IMG/VR virus record: IMGVR_UViG_3300025018_000381
Span: 1 to 32,538 of that record
Source: a virus
Taxonomy: Duplodnaviria > Caudoviricetes
DNA: 32,538 bases
Direction: 5' to 3' (one strand)
In this document: positions 27,920-32,538 of the stretch, piece after piece
How positions within the stretch are numbered: position 1 is the first letter of the stretch
Layout: each line of letters starts with the position of its first letter
Position numbers and translations under genes: made by a program
Notes under the pieces: generated by a model
What the model saw: the letters and a program-made list of their open reading frames with translations, nothing else
What the model was told of the DNA's origin: nothing
The model's database searches: none

Positions 27920-28561
27920 ATGCGATTATGGGAATATTTAAAAGAATCCAAAGCTGTTACAAAGCTTAGAGGCACAAGGGGATTTGAAGGTGAGTGGCTA
28001 GTTGATACAATCAAATGTCACCACGCTAAAGTATTCTCAGCCGGCAAACCTAATGCTGTACGAAATGGCTGGGAATTGCGTAACACCATAGTTTTCTTGG
28101 ATTATCGATATAGGCTTTGGGTGTGCGAACCCGGCTATGTTTGGGATGGTCCTTCTTATCCTTCTACAGATTCTATTCTTGGAAAGATTCTAAAATATAC
28201 AATCGGCAATCGCAAAAAGGAAGGTCTTCTAGCGGCATCAGCCATGCATGATTCTATGCTACCCGAATCGTTTGTGTACCAGACTACTCTAATGGCTGTT
28301 AATGATGTTCGCGAAGCTATAGAAGCTAATATGATCACTGAGTATCTCGCCGAGATGACTAAAGTGTCAATAAAGATGGGCATTCCCGAAGCGGCAATGA
28401 TATATGCTGACATGATTAATCACTGGCCTGATAGAAAAGAGACAATCGGTCGATACCGTAGTTCTAAGCAATTCTTTGGATTATTGTTGTTTCATCCTTT
28501 GTGTCGTGCTATAGCACGGGGCACTCATGGAGGTGCTTGGGAGAAGGCAGATAAAGACTAA
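27920..28561 (+). CDS. DUF1353-like protein
   Basis: PGYVWDGPSYP ... AASAMHD resembles the DUF1353 G(F/Y)xxDGxSxP and AAxxHD motifs. Confidence 0.55.
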   Translation: MRLWEYLKESKAVTKLRGTRGFEGEWLVDTIKCHHAKVFSAGKPNAVRNGWELRNTIVFLDYRYRLWVCEPGYVWDGPSYPSTDSILGKILKYTIGNRKKEGLLAASAMHDSMLPESFVYQTTLMAVNDVREAIEANMITEYLAEMTKVSIKMGIPEAAMIYADMINHWPDRKETIGRYRSSKQFFGLLLFHPLCRAIARGTHGGAWEKADKD

Positions 28562-28658
28562 TACCCTAAATAGTTACAGAGGGCCTGAGAGTGTCCTGTG
28601 AAACATTTGAAGGATAGAAGAGAAAACTGGCACAGAATGCCAAGAAGTTTGAAAAAAT

Positions 28659-29183
28659 ATGGCTACTGAATTACAATTTAGAAGGTATACTACAGCTACC
28701 TGCATGACCCTCAAAGGCAAGGCTGGCGAGATCTTTATTGACACTATTAATGGTGCTACTGATGAGCCTTGGACTATACGCATCCAAGATGGAATTACTC
28801 CAGGCGGTCATGCAATCGATTTGAGCGCTGGATTGCAACTCAGTCTAGATTCGAAGCTGAACAAATCTGTGTTTGATATTCATGAGATAGCATATCTAGC
28901 GCATGTGCAGGATTATATTGCGTTTAAAAATACAGTAGAATCTACTTCTAATGTTATAGCAGCTTCTACCTCATTGACAGCCGGTATTGATGGAATTCAA
29001 ATAACATATGCCGGTGGCGGCGGGGCTGCTCTTGCAGTAAATGCTATTGTTAGAAAGCCTCTTGCAGCAGATCCAAATATCTTTGTAACCATATCTAATG
29101 TAGCCATAAATACCTTCACAGCGAACTTTTCAAGTAGCATACCGAATGCCAATTATAGGCTCGATTACATCGTTGTAGTTTAG
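28659..29183 (+). CDS. Short fibre-related protein with Mtd_N/hyaluronidase-N-like attachment domain
   Basis: LQFRR-TTA-----G-AGEIFIDT...IRIQDGITPGGH. A late-promoter-like CTAAATA lies at 28566-28572 upstream. Confidence 0.65.
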   Translation: MATELQFRRYTTATCMTLKGKAGEIFIDTINGATDEPWTIRIQDGITPGGHAIDLSAGLQLSLDSKLNKSVFDIHEIAYLAHVQDYIAFKNTVESTSNVIAASTSLTAGIDGIQITYAGGGGAALAVNAIVRKPLAADPNIFVTISNVAINTFTANFSSSIPNANYRLDYIVVV

Positions 29184-29195
29184 AAAGAACAAATT

Positions 29196-30377
29196 ATGAT
29201 TTACGCAAAAATACTAGCAGCGTTACTATTCAGCACGGCTTTGGTCTTTGGGGCTGGATCTGTACCTCTGAAGAATGCTGTACTAACTAGCCCTCTAGAT
29301 GGTGGGGGTCAATCTATAACTAACGTAGTAATCCCTGACTATGTGTCAACCAATGATCCAAAGTATCTAGCAGCTATCACTAACGTTCCCGAAAATATTG
29401 CTACTCTTGATGATGTAACCAATATTGTTGATTCAGCGCTTGAGCCATATGCTCTAACTAATCATCAACATGATGCTAGTGATATCACGGGATCGACGTG
29501 GATAACAGATGCCGACACTAACGGCTGGGAAACAGGCTCTCATGCAGACTTAGTAACAGATGCTCTTGAAGATCTCGGAGGTGATACGAACGCGTGGCAC
29601 GACTATGAATACCTTCGCAAGGATGGCGATTGGATAAACCCATTTGTTAATTTCATGTCTGTCGACCAGTCTAGAGCTATTCTGCAAACTCTTGGTAAGA
29701 CCATGGAGTTAATTGCTACGAGTACTAATGGTGCACCCTGTGTTGGCACATACACCTGGAACGTGACAAATCTTTACGAATTTGGAGGGACTGGGTCGAT
29801 TGGGTATTGGACTAGCGATGGTGTGACGGGCGGGCCCTATGCGTTTTACGCTATGGCTGGTGATGGACAGTGGAATCAGTGGAAAATATTTAGAGTGTCA
29901 GATCAAGGGACGTATTGGATTGGACAGTCACTTAATGGTGTAGAAACTACCATTGAAGGTGATGGTAGTAAGTATAATGGCATTTCTGGGATTGCTTCGG
30001 GCACTGACGTTCAAGTTGCTATAAAGCTTTTACCCGAGTCTAGCGGTGCCACATCCACCCCCTACCTGATCCCATGCACCACCAACATCACCATAAGCGC
30101 GGCAAACGGCATGCAGCAGGCGGTAACGGGCGCGGTGCCAGCCTCGGTGACGATCAACTTCCCGACCGGATCGGAAACCAGCGAGCTAACAATATCGCTG
30201 ACATTCCCGCCCGCTGGCACCAACGAGGTGCTGCTGGCATCAGGGCCGACGTACTACTACGTATCGCCGCTTGCCAGTGACGCGACGGCCTCGACGAGCC
30301 TATACACGCGCTATTACATCACGTCGCCCTACGGCAGCACAAACGTAGCAGTGACGGCCATGGGGGAGGTACAATGA
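29196..30377 (+). CDS. Tail-fibre-like protein with predicted N-terminal signal peptide; chimeric composition
   Basis: MIYAKILAALLFSTALVFG hydrophobic leader; fibre-type motifs LDGGGQSITNV and NHQHDASDITG; beta-rich C-terminal domain (ITISAANGMQQ...). Confidence 0.6.
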   Translation: MIYAKILAALLFSTALVFGAGSVPLKNAVLTSPLDGGGQSITNVVIPDYVSTNDPKYLAAITNVPENIATLDDVTNIVDSALEPYALTNHQHDASDITGSTWITDADTNGWETGSHADLVTDALEDLGGDTNAWHDYEYLRKDGDWINPFVNFMSVDQSRAILQTLGKTMELIATSTNGAPCVGTYTWNVTNLYEFGGTGSIGYWTSDGVTGGPYAFYAMAGDGQWNQWKIFRVSDQGTYWIGQSLNGVETTIEGDGSKYNGISGIASGTDVQVAIKLLPESSGATSTPYLIPCTTNITISAANGMQQAVTGAVPASVTINFPTGSETSELTISLTFPPAGTNEVLLASGPTYYYVSPLASDATASTSLYTRYYITSPYGSTNVAVTAMGEVQ

Positions 30378-31534
30378 GAAACGCACTACTGACATTGCTG
30401 CTGCTGGCGACGATGGCGGGGGCGGACACGGCTGGCTTCTTTGGCGGGTATGTGGGGGCGCGGATGCGTGTGTTGCAGAACCAGTTAGGTTTCCCGATAT
30501 GGGATGATGCCCCGTATAGGGTTGCCGACTACATTACGGCACTAAGCGACTGGACCGATGCGTCAAACGGATCGACCGACACGGCAACGACATTCGGAAG
30601 CTTGAGCGGCACAGGAAAATGGCTTGGTGGTGTACTTGCGCCCAACGGCATGATCTATGGCATGCCGTTTAACTCCACGACCGTGCTGAAGATTGATCCA
30701 TCAATCGACACGGCAACGACATTCGGAAGCTTGAGTGGCACGGTGAAATGGATTGGTGGTGTACTTGCACCCAACGGCATGATCTACGGCATGCCGGTAG
30801 ACTCCACGACCGTGTTGAAGATTGATCCATCGACCGACACGGCAACGACATTCGGCAGCTTGAGCGGCACAGGAAAATGGTATGGTGGTGTACTCGCACC
30901 CAACGGCATGATCTACGGCATTCCGTTTAACTCCGCAACCGTGTTGAAGATTGATCCATCGACCGACACGGCAACGACATTCGGCAGCTTGAGCGGCACG
31001 TCAAAATGGATTGGTGGCGTACTTGCACCCAACGGCATGATCTATGGCATGCCGTATAACTCCACAACCGTGCTGAAGATTGATCCATCGACCGACACGG
31101 CAACAACATTCGGCAGCTTGAGCGGCTTGGAAAAATGGGTTGGCGGCGTACTTGCACCCAACGGCATGATCTACGGCATGCCGCGCAACTCCACAACCGT
31201 GTTGAAGATTGATCCATCAATCGACACGGCAACGACATTCGGCAGCTTGAGCTTCACGGTGAAATGGATTGGTGGTGTACTTGCACCCAACGGCATGATC
31301 TACGGCATTCCGGCAGACTCCGCAACCGTGTTGAAGATTGATCCATCGACCGACACGGCAACGACATTCGGCAGCTTGAGCGGCTTGGGAAAATGGATTG
31401 GCGGCGTACTTGCACCCAACGGCATGATCTATGGCATTCCGTTTAACTCCACAACCGTGCTGAAGATTGATTGCGGCGATACGAGAACACAGCCGGATAA
31501 TTGGATTTTATCCGCACCACAAAACAAATTATAA
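30374..31534 (+). CDS. Signal-peptide protein with seven 43-aa repeats (predicted 7-bladed beta-propeller; candidate adhesin)
   Basis: Leader MRNALLTLLLLATMAGA, GGAGG Shine-Dalgarno, ATGA coupling. Repeat consensus DTATTFGSLSGxxKWxGGVLAPNGMIYG(M/I)Pxx-S-TVLKIDPSx. Confidence 0.85.
   Translation: MRNALLTLLLLATMAGADTAGFFGGYVGARMRVLQNQLGFPIWDDAPYRVADYITALSDWTDASNGSTDTATTFGSLSGTGKWLGGVLAPNGMIYGMPFNSTTVLKIDPSIDTATTFGSLSGTVKWIGGVLAPNGMIYGMPVDSTTVLKIDPSTDTATTFGSLSGTGKWYGGVLAPNGMIYGIPFNSATVLKIDPSTDTATTFGSLSGTSKWIGGVLAPNGMIYGMPYNSTTVLKIDPSTDTATTFGSLSGLEKWVGGVLAPNGMIYGMPRNSTTVLKIDPSIDTATTFGSLSFTVKWIGGVLAPNGMIYGIPADSATVLKIDPSTDTATTFGSLSGLGKWIGGVLAPNGMIYGIPFNSTTVLKIDCGDTRTQPDNWILSAPQNKL
30578..31471 (+). 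repeat. Tandem 129-bp repeat x7
   Basis: Units start at 30578, 30707, 30836, 30965, 31094, 31223 and 31352 (GACACGGCAAC...) and are nearly identical in DNA outside a few codons. Confidence 0.97.
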
Positions 31535-31537
31535 ATA
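31530..31537 (+). promoter_or_regulatory. T4-type late promoter TATAAATA overlapping the propeller stop
   Basis: Exact consensus, overlapping AGGAG and ending 9 nt before ATG 31547. Confidence 0.5.
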
Positions 31538-31546
31538 GGAGACACC

Positions 31547-32092
31547 ATGCAAGCAACCGAGTTCTACGACTTACCAAACGCAAATGTTTATGGATGGCAA
31601 GCCGCCGTCAAACGCGCCTGCGATAAACAGCCGACCAGCAGGCCCGATCGGCTGACCGCCGAAACGATATGCCAGCTTACGGGCTTGTTGCCGCTGTACC
31701 CGTTCAACGTGCCGGAGGGCATGGTTGGGACCGGGCCGATGACCATCGATATTGTAGACGGCGCGGCATACAAGCGGTATGACGTTATTACGATTGAGGC
31801 GCATGAGGCCGCCGCCGCACAACGCGCACAGACGCGCATCCTTGGGTTGGTTGACGCATATGGGGCGGACGTTGCAATCATGGGGCGGCTGCTGACGGAC
31901 TTCGGGTTTGCCTTGCCGTGCGATGCTTCCACAACCATGACCACGATCAAGGGCGGGCTTGCAACTGGGGCGATTGACTGGGCTTTGCGGACGGACGCGG
32001 ACACGCTTGAACAGCGGTATAACGAGCTACGCAAGAACATGTCTGACGACGAGATTGCGGCGGTGGCGGTGATATTGGGAGGGCAGGCATGA
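31547..32092 (+). CDS. Hypothetical protein (possibly a fibre-associated chaperone)
   Basis: 181 aa, AGGAG Shine-Dalgarno, co-oriented and coupled to the next gene. No motif recognised. Confidence 0.7.
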   Translation: MQATEFYDLPNANVYGWQAAVKRACDKQPTSRPDRLTAETICQLTGLLPLYPFNVPEGMVGTGPMTIDIVDGAAYKRYDVITIEAHEAAAAQRAQTRILGLVDAYGADVAIMGRLLTDFGFALPCDASTTMTTIKGGLATGAIDWALRTDADTLEQRYNELRKNMSDDEIAAVAVILGGQA

Positions 32093-32373
32093 AAAAAATA
32101 ACGGAGGTTAGTATGTGGTTACTCAATGCATCAAGAGAAGCGTGGTGGAAAGGCAAGGGCAGGAACAAGAAAGTGTACTTTGTCGCCTACGCGGGAAATG
32201 TCTCCGTTATGCATGAGTGCCAGCCCGCCGAGAACTTGCTGGAAATCATGGGACTGATGACAATGACGCATTTTGAGATTGGCGGCGTAGAATACAAAGT
32301 CCTTTCCCGTCGGTTCGGTTGCGGGGGCGACTCGCGTTTCGAAGTGCGTATGACGGTGGAGATGGTGGCATGA
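32089..32373 (+). CDS. Hypothetical protein
   Basis: 94 aa, ATGA overlaps at both ends, GGAGG upstream. Confidence 0.65.
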   Translation: MKKITEVSMWLLNASREAWWKGKGRNKKVYFVAYAGNVSVMHECQPAENLLEIMGLMTMTHFEIGGVEYKVLSRRFGCGGDSRFEVRMTVEMVA

Positions 32374-32538
32374 AAACCATAGCCCTACTAATCCTACTAC
32401 TCGCATCCGGTTGCCAATCAATCGACATTGGCGGGATCATTGACGCTGTTAAGCCGCCCGTAGTAGAACCTGCCAAGCCATCACTCCCGACAAACCCATC
32501 TACCCCGCCAGACCTAGAGGGGAGCATATCCGAGCAGT
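32370..32538 (+). CDS. Putative lipoprotein (3'-truncated; absent from ORF track)
   Basis: MKTIALLILLLASGC-QSIDIGGIIDAVKPPVVEPAKPSLPTNPSTPPDLEGSISEQ: signal peptide ending in lipobox-like LASG/C, then a Pro-rich linker. ATGA overlap with the upstream stop. Confidence 0.8.
   Translation, partial: MKTIALLILLLASGCQSIDIGGIIDAVKPPVVEPAKPSLPTNPSTPPDLEGSISEQ

Noticed and set aside
30669-31238. Cys/Arg/Ser-rich antisense repeat ORFs
   Set aside because: Shadows of the propeller repeats; no independent start signals.
30578-31471. CRISPR array or complete DGR
   Set aside because: Repeats are contiguous, in-frame 129-bp coding units with no unique spacers. No cas or RT gene and no template repeat in the window, and the differences are not adenine-only.
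1-32538. Stop-codon reassignment, introns/inteins, tRNA or rRNA genes
   Set aside because: Genes tile the window under code 11 using TAA, TAG and TGA stops. No intein or homing-endonuclease motifs or tRNA cloverleaf were seen by eye; tRNAscan/Infernal were not run.
32370-32538. o-spanin call for the terminal lipoprotein
   Set aside because: Possible given the lipobox and Pro-rich sequence, but no i-spanin (N-terminal TM plus coiled coil) or endolysin is adjacent and the gene is truncated, so it is left as a putative lipoprotein.

Overview
A 32.5-kb segment of a large T4-like (T4-superfamily) myovirus genome in the standard genetic code. It opens with the 3' part of the ssDNA-binding protein gene (gp32) and a terminator. 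A minus-strand block follows, in transcription order gp4, gp2, gp54/gp19-like, gp26, gp51 and a putative tape measure. A long plus-strand baseplate/tail block comes next: gp48, an enlarged gp53, a gp27-like hub, an extended gp5, gp25, gp6, gp7, gp8, a VrlC/DUF4815-like protein and fibre-related genes. T4-type late promoters (TATAAATA and variants) precede many genes. Most notable: (1) a gp51 reading frame with no ATG/GTG/TTG start ahead of its conserved motifs sits in the -1 frame behind a T-TTT-TTT run at the end of gp26, directly upstream of the tape measure, resembling a lambda G/G-T programmed frameshift; (2) a terminal cassette, mostly high-GC, encodes a fibre-like protein, a 7x43-aa propeller protein with hypervariable codons and a lipoprotein, all with signal peptides; (3) gp5 lacks lysozyme and carries collagen plus an adhesin-like C-terminus; (4) gp53 is split by two LamG-like domains; (5) a structured non-coding element lies after gp32. 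All calls rest on motif recognition by eye; no database searches were run.
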